Below are positions 48,235-58,152 of a stretch of 64,000 nt of DNA, piece by piece. A program made the position numbers and the translations under genes. The stretch comes from Nitrospirota bacterium. GTDB lineage: Bacteria > Nitrospirota > UBA9217. The DNA is taken from assembly GCA_963737155.1 (NCBI GenBank), contig CAVTRN010000002.1, positions 2,624,001-2,688,000 of the forward strand, given 5' to 3'. The first letter of the stretch is position 1, and each line of letters starts with the position of its first letter. The notes under the pieces are model-generated. The model made no database searches. It saw nothing but the letters and a program-made list of their open reading frames with translations, and had not been told where the DNA came from.

Positions 48235-49806
48235 TTACATGGTCGTATATTTCATTATACGGATCCAGAGGATATCAATATCCATCACAAAGAAATGGAT
48301 GATCAGGACACTGATCAGTATGAAGAGAAACGAAGAGACAACGACTATTCTAAACCGTTTTTTATTGCGCAGTTCGTCCTCAAGCGTGACGATCTCCGGA
48401 ATCTCCGCCAAGACGGGGAAAGCGAAATTCCTTGTCAGATCTTCCGCATTTCGGGCAGATCGGTCGGATACCTCCTGGAGAGATGCAAGCCCCACTCCGG
48501 ATGCGATACCGAGAATGAGCCCGATCAGAAGGACGACCGGTCGGTTCGGACGTACTGCTTTTTCGGGGAGCTTGGCCGGATCGATCAGCGTGAACCGTTC
48601 ACCCATCTGCTGCTTTTCCAGTCCAGAGGCCACTTTGGCTTCCATATACTTTTTCATGAGATCGTCATATTTAGCCTGGGTGTTGTTCCGTTCTACCATC
48701 AGGTCCTTGAACCCCTCCTCTACTTTGGGAGATGCTTCCAGCCTGCGCTGAAAATCTTTCCGCTTCAGATTAATGCCCTCGATTTGCAACTTGATGGACT
48801 TGATATCCGCCTGAACGCCGGCCAGATCCGAGGAGATCGAAACGTAAGCGGGATTGTCCGGTTTTTTCTCAACCGTGGGTTCGCTCACTTTTTCCTGGAG
48901 CCTCTTTTCTAAAACAGCGATCTCCGACTTGGTTTTGATCACGTCGGGGAATTCCTCGGAATACCTCGCCTTCAGGTCGACCAGGGCAACACGCAGTTCC
49001 TTCAGCCGATCCTTGTCCTGGTTGGTCGCATCCGGCGCCATTGTGGCCAGTTCTGATTGGTAGTATTTCTCCTTATCCCGAAGTGCACGGAGTTGCTCGT
49101 TCAACTGATCCCAGTTCCGCTCATCCCAATCCAGTGATTGCAGGTTGAATTGTAGCAGCTCGGGCAGCGCCCTATTGTGCTGCTCCTTGTAAACCGCGAT
49201 TTTCCTTTCCAGATCGACAAGTTCGGCCTGAACGGACTTCATTTCCTCATCCAGAAATTTTGTCGTACCTTCCGTCTGCTGTCCCACAACCTTCATGTTC
49301 TCCTCGAGATAGAGGGATGCGAGCTCCGTCGCGACCTGCTGGACCACCTGGGGATTATGTCCCTCGTAGGAGACGGTAAATGCGATAGTAGCAGCGGTTT
49401 TCTGTCCCGTTCTCCGGTCGATGACGTCGGCCATTATGGTGTCAAACTTAATGTCCTTTTTTTTCATGTTATCGATGATCTCTTCCGTCGTCAGCTTGTC
49501 CCGCTTATCTGCATATAGGTTGAATCGGTTGATGATCTCGAGCAGCCGACCAGCGCTCATAATCCGCTGGTTGATGATTTGCAGCCGCTGTTCCGCGTAG
49601 CTCGTCACAGCCGCCATCACGTACTCTCGGGAGATTTCCTGCTCCTCAATCAGAATCGTGGACGTGGAACGATAGACAGGCTTCCAGATCAGGATAACCA
49701 GCACGGAGAGCAGAGGGACGATCAGTGCTGGCATAATAAGCGCCCAGCGCCGCCTTTTGATGATCCTGATCACATCTTTGGTACTTGTTATTTTGGCTTC
49801 CTCCAT
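48235..49806 (-). CDS. Polysaccharide chain-length determinant (Wzz/GumC-like)
   Basis: Two TM segments flanking a coiled coil; YSEEFPDVI and IDPAKLPEKAVRPNR. Confidence 0.9.
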   Translation of the reverse strand: MEEAKITSTKDVIRIIKRRRWALIMPALIVPLLSVLVILIWKPVYRSTSTILIEEQEISREYVMAAVTSYAEQRLQIINQRIMSAGRLLEIINRFNLYADKRDKLTTEEIIDNMKKKDIKFDTIMADVIDRRTGQKTAATIAFTVSYEGHNPQVVQQVATELASLYLEENMKVVGQQTEGTTKFLDEEMKSVQAELVDLERKIAVYKEQHNRALPELLQFNLQSLDWDERNWDQLNEQLRALRDKEKYYQSELATMAPDATNQDKDRLKELRVALVDLKARYSEEFPDVIKTKSEIAVLEKRLQEKVSEPTVEKKPDNPAYVSISSDLAGVQADIKSIKLQIEGINLKRKDFQRRLEASPKVEEGFKDLMVERNNTQAKYDDLMKKYMEAKVASGLEKQQMGERFTLIDPAKLPEKAVRPNRPVVLLIGLILGIASGVGLASLQEVSDRSARNAEDLTRNFAFPVLAEIPEIVTLEDELRNKKRFRIVVVSSFLFILISVLIIHFFVMDIDILWIRIMKYTTM

Positions 49807-49823
49807 AATAGACGCTCCTGTGA

Positions 49824-51194
49824 TTATTTGTACTGGCACGAGCTGCAGTACGGGAATCGGGCTGTCAAACGGATATAGTACAACTGTCTGTTCGCTTCGG
49901 TACTCGCTGCCTGATAACCGATCCTGATCTGTTGGTAGGTCGCCTCGAGCGCCAGGTCCTGCGAGAAATCGTATCGGATGAGCGGTGAGAAGCTGATGTT
50001 CTGCTGATTGATGACAACGGCCGCATTCTGTTCAGGCGACCGGTACGTAGTGTACTCGGCAGTCAGTGATGCCGACAGTTCATAGGTAATTCTGTACCTG
50101 GCCGTGAACTGCAGGTCGTTCTCATCGGTTGCGGACTGGAGACCCGAGGCCAGTGTAAGATTCTTAGTATACGAAATCTGGGCATCCGTATATTCGTCCT
50201 TATAGTTCAGGGAAAGGTTACCAACCTGACCCCAAGCGGCATTGTTTAGCCTCACCGCGGCCACGACGAACGAAGTAGGAGGCGTCTGACTGCCCAAGGG
50301 AACCAACACGTCCAAAAATTGATCCGACACAGTTCGGCGAAGACCGCCTTCCGCGAGAATACTCCATGTCTCGCTGATATTGTAGGAAAAACCAATAGAA
50401 CCCTCAACATTGCTTGTTCTCGCGTCAGGTACAAGATACTGGCTGTAGTCCACGTTCATTATGCCTTTCACCTGAGGAAGATACGTGCCGAGATCGGTTA
50501 CAAGTCCCAACTGCACGTCGTTGGATGTGTCGCGATACCGAGGTTGTTCATACGTGCTCCCGACGTATTGGTACTGGCCCGTGAGTAATGTCTTTTCCGT
50601 CAGTTGATAGCCTGCGGATTCCGACGACGTGATACTCTTCACAGGCAATGCCGCGAGAGGAAATGCGGGGCCTGCAGAAATAACTCCGCTGGTATTGGCG
50701 TTGGAGTTGGGGTTGCTGGCCGGTGGGGAAGATGTTACCGGTTCCGGTTCGGGAGGGCTGGTAGGAGTCGTAATTACCGTTCCAGGCGGTGGTCCAGGAA
50801 AAGCCGGCCCTGTCTCCAAGCTCAGATTGGCATCCCTTATATATCCCGCTCCCGCAGAGACATTGAGCAGCGGTGTAACTGCATACCGTACGGTGCCATT
50901 GTACGACTCATTGGTCGCACTTAGATAATCGTATTTGGAGTATTGCATCCGGTCCAACCGAAGCGACAGCAAGGAATCAAGGCGTTCGGTCTTGTTGGTC
51001 AGATCGAACCCGGGCGAAATGGTCGTAATATAATCCTTTATTACACCGTCCGCCTCGGGGACCAGCAGGATGTTGCTGTTATATTGCTCCATCAAGGCAA
51101 CGGACGGAATAAAGCATAATTCATCACCCCGCGCGATCGCCGGGCAGACCAGCAGGAGCAGGACGAGCATTATGGAGCATCCGGCGTTTATCAC
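49824..51194 (-). CDS. Outer-membrane beta-barrel protein of an EPS/exosortase locus
   Basis: Signal peptide, EQYNSNI and DYITTISPG start, alternating beta-strand pattern. Confidence 0.75.
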   Translation of the reverse strand: MINAGCSIMLVLLLLVCPAIARGDELCFIPSVALMEQYNSNILLVPEADGVIKDYITTISPGFDLTNKTERLDSLLSLRLDRMQYSKYDYLSATNESYNGTVRYAVTPLLNVSAGAGYIRDANLSLETGPAFPGPPPGTVITTPTSPPEPEPVTSSPPASNPNSNANTSGVISAGPAFPLAALPVKSITSSESAGYQLTEKTLLTGQYQYVGSTYEQPRYRDTSNDVQLGLVTDLGTYLPQVKGIMNVDYSQYLVPDARTSNVEGSIGFSYNISETWSILAEGGLRRTVSDQFLDVLVPLGSQTPPTSFVVAAVRLNNAAWGQVGNLSLNYKDEYTDAQISYTKNLTLASGLQSATDENDLQFTARYRITYELSASLTAEYTTYRSPEQNAAVVINQQNISFSPLIRYDFSQDLALEATYQQIRIGYQAASTEANRQLYYIRLTARFPYCSSCQYK

Positions 51195-51787
51195 GGGATG
51201 ACCACGACATCGCCTCGCCTGAGATGGATGTTCTGTTCCAGGTGCTTTCCATCCACGACTGCATCATAATCGAAGGGGAAAATCGTAGTCTCGTCACTGC
51301 CGCTTCGGAATATTTTTATCTTGCGCCCTTTAGCAAAAACATTGAGCCCCCCCGCCGTGGCCAACGCCTGCAGGACGGTCACATCAACGCCCAGGGTGAA
51401 CCGGCCGGGATTATTCACCTTGCCAATGACATATACAATCAGGCTGTTGACCTGCTTTACGTCAATGAGAAGGACGACTCCCGGAACATAACGATTCAGT
51501 TTGACTTCCATCTCCGATTTCAGTTTGGGTATAGTCTTTCCCGCCGCGGGTATATCTCCAATAAGCGGGAACGAGATGAACCCGTCAGGCCTGACCACAC
51601 AGGTTCTTGTCAAGGCCTCGTCCTTCCATACGGATACCTCCAGGACATCGCTCGGACCGATAAGATAGCCCTGTCCCATGCTCTCTTCACTCGCCGGCTG
51701 CATCGGTTCGGTCAATCCCGCGGAAAAAACTGGAGACCAGACGCCAAGCAGTCCGACTATCACCAGCGCTAGTATTTTACGCATCAT
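51191..51787 (-). CDS. Polysaccharide export protein (Wza-like)
   Basis: YLIGPSDVLEVSVW, VRPDGFISFPLIG, SLBB domain, GDVVVIP. Confidence 0.92.
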   Translation of the reverse strand: MMRKILALVIVGLLGVWSPVFSAGLTEPMQPASEESMGQGYLIGPSDVLEVSVWKDEALTRTCVVRPDGFISFPLIGDIPAAGKTIPKLKSEMEVKLNRYVPGVVLLIDVKQVNSLIVYVIGKVNNPGRFTLGVDVTVLQALATAGGLNVFAKGRKIKIFRSGSDETTIFPFDYDAVVDGKHLEQNIHLRRGDVVVIP

Positions 51788-51815
51788 AATCCGTATGCTC
51801 CTCCTTTTTATTAGA

Positions 51816-53810
51816 TCAATGGATGGCCGCCATGGTCTTCTCGGCTTGCTCCCTTCCGGGGAATGTCGACTTGGAAGCCAAGGCTATCTTCAGATACTGT
51901 ATGGCCTTTTCCGGCTGGCCGATCTGATTGTATGCCATACCTAGATGGTAGTTAATGACCGGGTTCCCGGCGCTCTTGGCCTGCGCCTTCCCCAGCCACT
52001 CGATGGCCTGCTGCACATCGCCCTTGCGGTAATTGACCCAGCCAAGGGTATCAAACACTGACGGATTATCGGGATTCAGCGTTCTCGCCTTTTCGGCAAG
52101 TGCAAGGGCACGGTCAAGGTTTTTTTTCCCGAAACCGTATTCGGTCAGGAGATAAGCCAGGTCGTTCGTCGTCTCCCAGAGGTCCGGACGGGCGCGCACC
52201 GCATACTCAAGTTCGTTTATGGCCTTGCCCCATTTTTTCTGGCCGCCGTAAAGGGCGCTCAACTTCTCGTAACTCAGCGGATTGTTCGGTGCGAGCTGCT
52301 GGATGTCCAGATACTCCCCTTCTGCCCGCCGTGCGTCCCCATCTAGAAGCAATAGGTCACCCAGATCGGCATGCACATCAAGGTCCTTGGGATTCGCGAC
52401 CAGTAGCTTGCGGAACTCAGCCTCGGCGTTCTTGAAATCCTTCTGCACGGTGTAAATGCGAGCCATGGCGAGATTCACCTCGCGGGAGTTCGGCGCAATT
52501 TTCAATGCATTCTGAAGCGTATCAAAGGCCAGATGATAATCCTTGTTCAACAGGTCGGCTTCCGCCAGGCTGATATACCCGGGGATAAAATCCTGCCGTT
52601 CGTTTATCACAGTCCTGAACGATGACACGGCCCGCACTGCCTCCTGCTTCTTGAGGTAAATGGTTCCCTCAATGAAGTTGGCATCAACATTTTTCGGGCT
52701 TTCTTTGATCACTTCGTCGGCATACTGTTTTGCCTTGTCCAACTCCTGACGGGAGAGATAGTAGTCTGCCAGGGAATTCTTGGTGTGCAGAATATTGGGA
52801 TTGTCGGCATCCCTTTCCAACTTCAGGCATTCCTGCAGGACGGTAAGCCCCTCATCAGGTCGATTGGCTGTAAAATAGTACGCGCTCAAGGCGAAACGGA
52901 TCGGGAAGCTCTTGCCATTCTGCCTAATCCCTTCCTTCAACTGCTCCTCGCCATCGGCAGGCTTATTTCGTGCTATATAGAACTGAGCAGACTGGATCCA
53001 GCGGTCCTCCTTTTTAGGATTCGCCTGTACGTACGAACTCAGTACGTCCTTTGCTTGCTGCTCCTTGCCTGACTGCCAGTAGATCGAGGCCAAGCTTAAG
53101 TGATACTGGTTCACGTCCGGTTCTATTTCGACGACCCTCTGCATCTGGTGGATTGCATCGTCCATCCGTTTCTTCTTCATATAAAATTCGGCAAGGCCGA
53201 GATAAAGGGGAACGGATTTCTGATTTTCCCTGATGCCGTCCAACAAGACCCGCTCGACGTTCACTGCGTCATCCTTCTCGGCGTAGATCGAGGTCAAGAG
53301 CATGTAACCTTCAGGTTTATGGACGTTGCGGCCGAGCACCGACTCGAAATACGTGCGGGCGCTCTCTATATCCTTTTTCTTCAACAACACTGCTCCCTTC
53401 AGGATGAGGGCATCCTCGTGCGCAGGGTTGCTCTTCAGGATGAGTTCGGCCTTGTCCATGGCTTCACGTGTATTTCCGCTGCCCAGGAGGAACCATCCCA
53501 TCTGCAGTTGGGCATCCCAGTGCCGAGGGTTCAGTTCAATAGCCTTGTAGAAACTGCCGTAGGCTCCGCGCGGGTCGCCAGATTTCAGAGTAGTCATCCC
53601 CATCATGTAGTAAGCATCGGCATATTTGACATCAATCTGGAGCGCGTTTTTGAATTCCAGTCTCGCCTTTGCGTATTCCCCTTTTTCATAAAGCGCTTTG
53701 CCTTTGTTATAAAACTGGGCCTTTTTCTGTTCGGGCCCGCCGCAGGACACCGTCGTCATCACGGCCAACAACACAACAATTCCCACCAGCACCCTGTTCT
53801 TCATACACAT
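51816..53810 (-). CDS. TPR-repeat lipoprotein (PrsT-like)
   Basis: Lipobox TVSC, many TPR repeats, C-terminal NDLAY...DTLGW...YHLGM. Confidence 0.85.
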   Translation of the reverse strand: MCMKNRVLVGIVVLLAVMTTVSCGGPEQKKAQFYNKGKALYEKGEYAKARLEFKNALQIDVKYADAYYMMGMTTLKSGDPRGAYGSFYKAIELNPRHWDAQLQMGWFLLGSGNTREAMDKAELILKSNPAHEDALILKGAVLLKKKDIESARTYFESVLGRNVHKPEGYMLLTSIYAEKDDAVNVERVLLDGIRENQKSVPLYLGLAEFYMKKKRMDDAIHQMQRVVEIEPDVNQYHLSLASIYWQSGKEQQAKDVLSSYVQANPKKEDRWIQSAQFYIARNKPADGEEQLKEGIRQNGKSFPIRFALSAYYFTANRPDEGLTVLQECLKLERDADNPNILHTKNSLADYYLSRQELDKAKQYADEVIKESPKNVDANFIEGTIYLKKQEAVRAVSSFRTVINERQDFIPGYISLAEADLLNKDYHLAFDTLQNALKIAPNSREVNLAMARIYTVQKDFKNAEAEFRKLLVANPKDLDVHADLGDLLLLDGDARRAEGEYLDIQQLAPNNPLSYEKLSALYGGQKKWGKAINELEYAVRARPDLWETTNDLAYLLTEYGFGKKNLDRALALAEKARTLNPDNPSVFDTLGWVNYRKGDVQQAIEWLGKAQAKSAGNPVINYHLGMAYNQIGQPEKAIQYLKIALASKSTFPGREQAEKTMAAIH

Positions 53811-53950
53811 ATTCTTCGCCTCCCTTTTCCACAGCCGAAAAATAAAACCGGTCATTGTTCACTATATTAGCGGCAGGCTTCGTTCAAGCTGTGCCGGATT
53901 TCCCTCCCCAGCGAGGATCCAAATGGTCCGTTCCTGCCGGATGCCTCCCC

Positions 53951-55594
53951 TCACACCCCCGCTAATCCACGGACGCCGAGAACTACAGTTGCCGCAAGCG
54001 TTGCCATCGCTAAAGCATCGAATTTTTCCCGAAGTTCGTTGATCAGCACTTCATAGCTAAAGAAAAACACGATAATCTCCACTGCAAGCAGGCCCAGGTT
54101 AAAATGATGCGCTAACTGACCTGTCAAATTGGGTACGGTCACTGCAATGAAGATGATCAGAAAGTCCATGGTCGACATTCTGAAACCTTTCAACCGTTTC
54201 GAAAATTTGACCGTGAGCATCACGAAAACAGCTATGATCCCGAAGCATAGTCGATACAGGAACAGTGACTTTTCGCTCATCCAGGTTGCTCTTCCTTCCT
54301 CGATGCAATAGAGCACGAGGGGGACCGTCATATATAGCACCAAGCGCAGACACGCCCCCAAGTATCTCTTCTGCGCGAAGAAGGCTCCCAGGATCAGCAC
54401 GCTGAAGCAAAGAGCCGTGATCGAGATATGCGCCGGAATCCGTGCGGGAATGAAGCAGGAGGCCAGCAGGAGAAGAGGAATTACCAATTTCGATGCGCCG
54501 AATGAGAACTTGATGATGTAGTTGTTTTCCCGAATCTTCCGCATCCGGTCCTTTATGGCACCTTCTAGCATGGGAATGCGCCGGAGCCGCAGAGCCTTGC
54601 GGTCCACCACGACAAACAGTCTGACAACGACCACGGAGAATGCACTATAGCCGGCAATGAGAATCCAGTCGGAATAATACTTGAAGAAGATGGCACACAA
54701 GATCATCAGCGCCTGTATCACGTATATGACAAACACCGCTTCGGAATGGGAAAGCCCAAAGTTGATCAGGCGGTGATGAAAATGGTTCTTGTCAGGTGCA
54801 AAAGGTGACTTGCCCCGGCTGATCCTATGCACCATCACTGTCAGTGTGTCGAGCACGGGTAATCCGAGAATGATGAGCGGCAGCACGGGGCTCAGGGGAG
54901 TGTTGCCTTGCGTCGTCTTAATTGCCAGTACGATCGCGGAGAACCCTAAGAGCTGACTTCCCGTATCGCCCATAAAGAGACTGGCGGGATGGGTGTTGAA
55001 CCGGAGAAATCCGAATATCGCGCCGGCCACTGCCATGGTTATGAGCAGGACCGTGTTACTGCCGTCAAGATAGGCGAGATATCCGATGCAGCAGAAGCTG
55101 AGCAGCGAGATACCCCCGGCTAGCCCGTCGAGGCCATCGGCCAGATTCACGGCGTTCGTAACCCCGACGATCGACACAAGGGTGAGCGCGATCTCCAACC
55201 ATTCGGCCAACTGCATGTCGCGGGGCAGCAGGCTGCCGAGGGAGCTGATCCTGAGCCCGCCGTAAAATATGATGATCATGGCCGCGAGGATCTGTCCACC
55301 GAACTTCGCCTGGTAGCCCAGCCCTTTCATGTCGTCGATGAATCCGAAGACTACCAGGAGGCTCGTTGCCGCGATGAAAGCCCGCACGAACTCGCTGGCA
55401 AGGGCCCAAAAGATGATGGGGATGAAGACACCAATGGCCATCGCCAGCCCCCCGATCCTCGGCACCGGATGGATATGGACTTTCCGGGGGTTGGGAAGGT
55501 CCACAACCTGGTATTTGTCCGCAAGCCTCATCATCATGGGTATGAGGCTAACAGTAATGAATACCGAGAGCAATAAAGTCGAGAGATATAACAT
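53951..55594 (-). CDS. WecA/MraY-family initiating glycosyl-phosphate transferase with extra C-terminal TM domain
   Basis: PNPRKVH..PVPRIGG, IDD, NLADGLDG, FMGDTGS, DKNHFHHRL. Confidence 0.92.
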   Translation of the reverse strand: MLYLSTLLLSVFITVSLIPMMMRLADKYQVVDLPNPRKVHIHPVPRIGGLAMAIGVFIPIIFWALASEFVRAFIAATSLLVVFGFIDDMKGLGYQAKFGGQILAAMIIIFYGGLRISSLGSLLPRDMQLAEWLEIALTLVSIVGVTNAVNLADGLDGLAGGISLLSFCCIGYLAYLDGSNTVLLITMAVAGAIFGFLRFNTHPASLFMGDTGSQLLGFSAIVLAIKTTQGNTPLSPVLPLIILGLPVLDTLTVMVHRISRGKSPFAPDKNHFHHRLINFGLSHSEAVFVIYVIQALMILCAIFFKYYSDWILIAGYSAFSVVVVRLFVVVDRKALRLRRIPMLEGAIKDRMRKIRENNYIIKFSFGASKLVIPLLLLASCFIPARIPAHISITALCFSVLILGAFFAQKRYLGACLRLVLYMTVPLVLYCIEEGRATWMSEKSLFLYRLCFGIIAVFVMLTVKFSKRLKGFRMSTMDFLIIFIAVTVPNLTGQLAHHFNLGLLAVEIIVFFFSYEVLINELREKFDALAMATLAATVVLGVRGLAGV

Positions 55595-55606
55595 AAGGGG
55601 GAAATG

Positions 55607-57178
55607 CTATGTAGTGACCTGCTTTTCTTTCAGGAACTGAAGAAGGACAGGCATAAGGTCCCGTATGAACGTGTCAAGCCTCTGCTCGGCATTTTCTATC
55701 CGTTCCGTCCCGTTGATAGGTGTGATCGGACGCAGAAACAGGTCATAGGTATTGTCCCTACGGAGGGCATGGAGCGAAAGATGGAATCGGTTGATGTTTT
55801 TGTCGTAAGTGGCTCGGTCCTTGGTCTGGAACCAGAAGTACACGAGTTGCCGTATCCCTTCCTTTTCGATCACCATCGTCATGACCTCGAGGGTACCGAA
55901 AAAGGGGACGCCGGTAATAGTTCTACGTTGCACGTTCTGTTCCAACCATCCTGAAGAAGGGATGCATACCGTGGGACTGTGAAAGAAGTTCTCATCGGCA
56001 AGGAACGCCGAACTGCGGTACCCAACATAAAGCGATACACGGCCACCGGACCGGTCCGTGAAATATCCGCTGAAAGCCTGTTCAGCGCCTGATTCCTGAA
56101 TCATGACCGGGTTGACTACCTCCTGATTCCCTTTCCATGGACCGATGACCAGAGGCAGGCTCTCGATGCCACCCGCGATGGCAACGGGCGGCAGAGTACT
56201 CGTGCTAAGGCTGAATGCTGCGACGGCTATTAGGACCCCCACAGAGACCAGGAACGCGGGCGTTGTCTTACCCCGCTTTGTCTCCACGAATGGGGCAGAA
56301 GTGGTTTTTGGTGCAGCTGGTTGTTGGCCGACCTTGGTCCGGGGCGTGAACATCTTCAGAGCCCAGCTGACGACAAAAAGCATGATGAAGGCAAACACGA
56401 ATACGATCCAGCCCTCCAGGTCATGAAAGAACCCCTGTGCAACCCTAGGGCCGAAACGGTCCATGAGCACCCCCGTGAGCCCTATCCGCAATGCATTGAA
56501 CAGGACACCAACGGGAATGGTCATAAGAACGCAGACTGCTCTCTTCCAGAAAACTCGCTCAAAGAAATGCGCAAAGAGGAATCCCAGGGCGAGCAGCGGG
56601 AAGATATAGCGCATGCCGCTGCATGCGTCGACCACCTGCAGTTGCATCGCGCCGAGATCGATGATATTGCCGCTTACGTTAACCGGGACATTGCACAGGG
56701 CTATAAACGCCCCCCCCAGTCTGGTGGATATGGCTTTGAGATGCAGACCGAGATACCGCTCGATGACCGCGGGAAGGGGGACCATGAAAATTAGGAAGCC
56801 CAGCGGCAGCACCAGCTTCCAAACAGCCTCGATCCCGAAACAGAACAGTGTGAACAGTATTATCAGCAGTGGCACTGACGGCATGGATATATTGCCACTA
56901 GAGCCAAGTATCCCGTAGAGAGAGAGTAAGGTGAACAGCAGCAGCACTGGCAGCCCGCCCCATGCGCTCCTAACCGGAATCGTGCCAAAGCTCTTCCGCT
57001 TCTCCCAGAGCAGATAGGCCGATACGAGCGGGATCATGAATCCGTAGGAGTAGTCCTCGTTCTCCATCCAGATCGTCGCCATGGATCTAAGGGGCACCCA
57101 GTAGGCAATGAAAAAGAGCGCGGCCAGCACGAAGATCTGCGTTCTGGTATCACCAATGCGGGCAAGGAATCTGTTCAT
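55607..57178 (-). CDS. Exosortase fused to an EpsI domain (XrtD-like)
   Basis: DYSYG, VVDACSGMR (Cys), NALRI (Arg), FFH (His); C-terminal HSPTVC and LVYFWF. Confidence 0.9.
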   Translation of the reverse strand: MNRFLARIGDTRTQIFVLAALFFIAYWVPLRSMATIWMENEDYSYGFMIPLVSAYLLWEKRKSFGTIPVRSAWGGLPVLLLFTLLSLYGILGSSGNISMPSVPLLIILFTLFCFGIEAVWKLVLPLGFLIFMVPLPAVIERYLGLHLKAISTRLGGAFIALCNVPVNVSGNIIDLGAMQLQVVDACSGMRYIFPLLALGFLFAHFFERVFWKRAVCVLMTIPVGVLFNALRIGLTGVLMDRFGPRVAQGFFHDLEGWIVFVFAFIMLFVVSWALKMFTPRTKVGQQPAAPKTTSAPFVETKRGKTTPAFLVSVGVLIAVAAFSLSTSTLPPVAIAGGIESLPLVIGPWKGNQEVVNPVMIQESGAEQAFSGYFTDRSGGRVSLYVGYRSSAFLADENFFHSPTVCIPSSGWLEQNVQRRTITGVPFFGTLEVMTMVIEKEGIRQLVYFWFQTKDRATYDKNINRFHLSLHALRRDNTYDLFLRPITPINGTERIENAEQRLDTFIRDLMPVLLQFLKEKQVTT

Positions 57179-58134
57179 GGGCAGACCACATCCCTGCCAT
57201 TCCATTTGTTCCGCGCGATCCAAAACAGAGGCACCCAGATTTTCCGCCGGATGAGGTGACCCACGCTCCCGATCATCCAGCAGTTATGGTCGCAACAGCC
57301 TACCCGTTGCCGCGCCTCTGTGGCCTCCGGACTGATCCATATCTCCGAAAAGGGCTTTTCTTTTATGTTCCCGAAGGCCTGGTTCATGACGTTGCAGGGT
57401 CGGACATCGCCGAAGGGGTCAATGAAAAAGGAATCGCTTGCCATGGTGCACTTCAGCTCCCTCTGCCCTCCGTGCATATGCTCCACGATCCCCTTCGTGA
57501 AGTATGCGCGGAACCAGTCCTTAGGATGGAAGGATTTGAGGTATTCGTGCATGAGCTTCCGTATTTCGGCCTCAACACGGTGCTTGTCGTTGATTACGTT
57601 GTCTTCCTTGTGGAAATAGTAAGCGTTGTGAAGGATGGCGGTTGCCAGCTCCACGTCGTGTTCGCAGGCAAGCTTGTACAGCGGCACCAAATCTTTGGCA
57701 TTCTGGTCCGATATCGTCACGGCAATGCCCAAGTCCTTGATGCCAAGTTTTTTGAGGCCCGTCAAGCTGTCCAGTGCTCGGCGGTGGGCTTTGGAAACGC
57801 CCCTAACCCGGTCATGGGTTTCGCCGATGCCGTCAAAACTGATCCTGATTCCCACGTCCTGGCGATCTTTCATAACCGCAAGGATCTTTTTTGTCGCGAA
57901 CCCGTTCGTACTGATCACGACCCTCTTCGCTTTGCTCTTGACCACGTCCAGGACATCGCCTAAATCGTCACGCAGAAAGGGTTCTCCGCCGGTGATATTA
58001 AGCCTGTTGAGAGAAGGCAGTGTCTTCAGGTCATCCGGCCTAATCTCGCTATTCCGGTCGCTTGGATATAGCCATGTATTGCACATGATGCAGCGGCTGT
58101 TGCATCGATAGGTTACTGCCACGATCCCGTCCAT
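57175..58134 (-). CDS. Radical SAM protein with SPASM/Twitch domain
   Basis: CNSRCIMC, TGGEP, C-terminal C...PCN...CCDHNCW. Confidence 0.9.
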   Translation of the reverse strand: MDGIVAVTYRCNSRCIMCNTWLYPSDRNSEIRPDDLKTLPSLNRLNITGGEPFLRDDLGDVLDVVKSKAKRVVISTNGFATKKILAVMKDRQDVGIRISFDGIGETHDRVRGVSKAHRRALDSLTGLKKLGIKDLGIAVTISDQNAKDLVPLYKLACEHDVELATAILHNAYYFHKEDNVINDKHRVEAEIRKLMHEYLKSFHPKDWFRAYFTKGIVEHMHGGQRELKCTMASDSFFIDPFGDVRPCNVMNQAFGNIKEKPFSEIWISPEATEARQRVGCCDHNCWMIGSVGHLIRRKIWVPLFWIARNKWNGRDVVCP

Positions 58135-58152
58135 ATGTTCACCTCGATTTCG

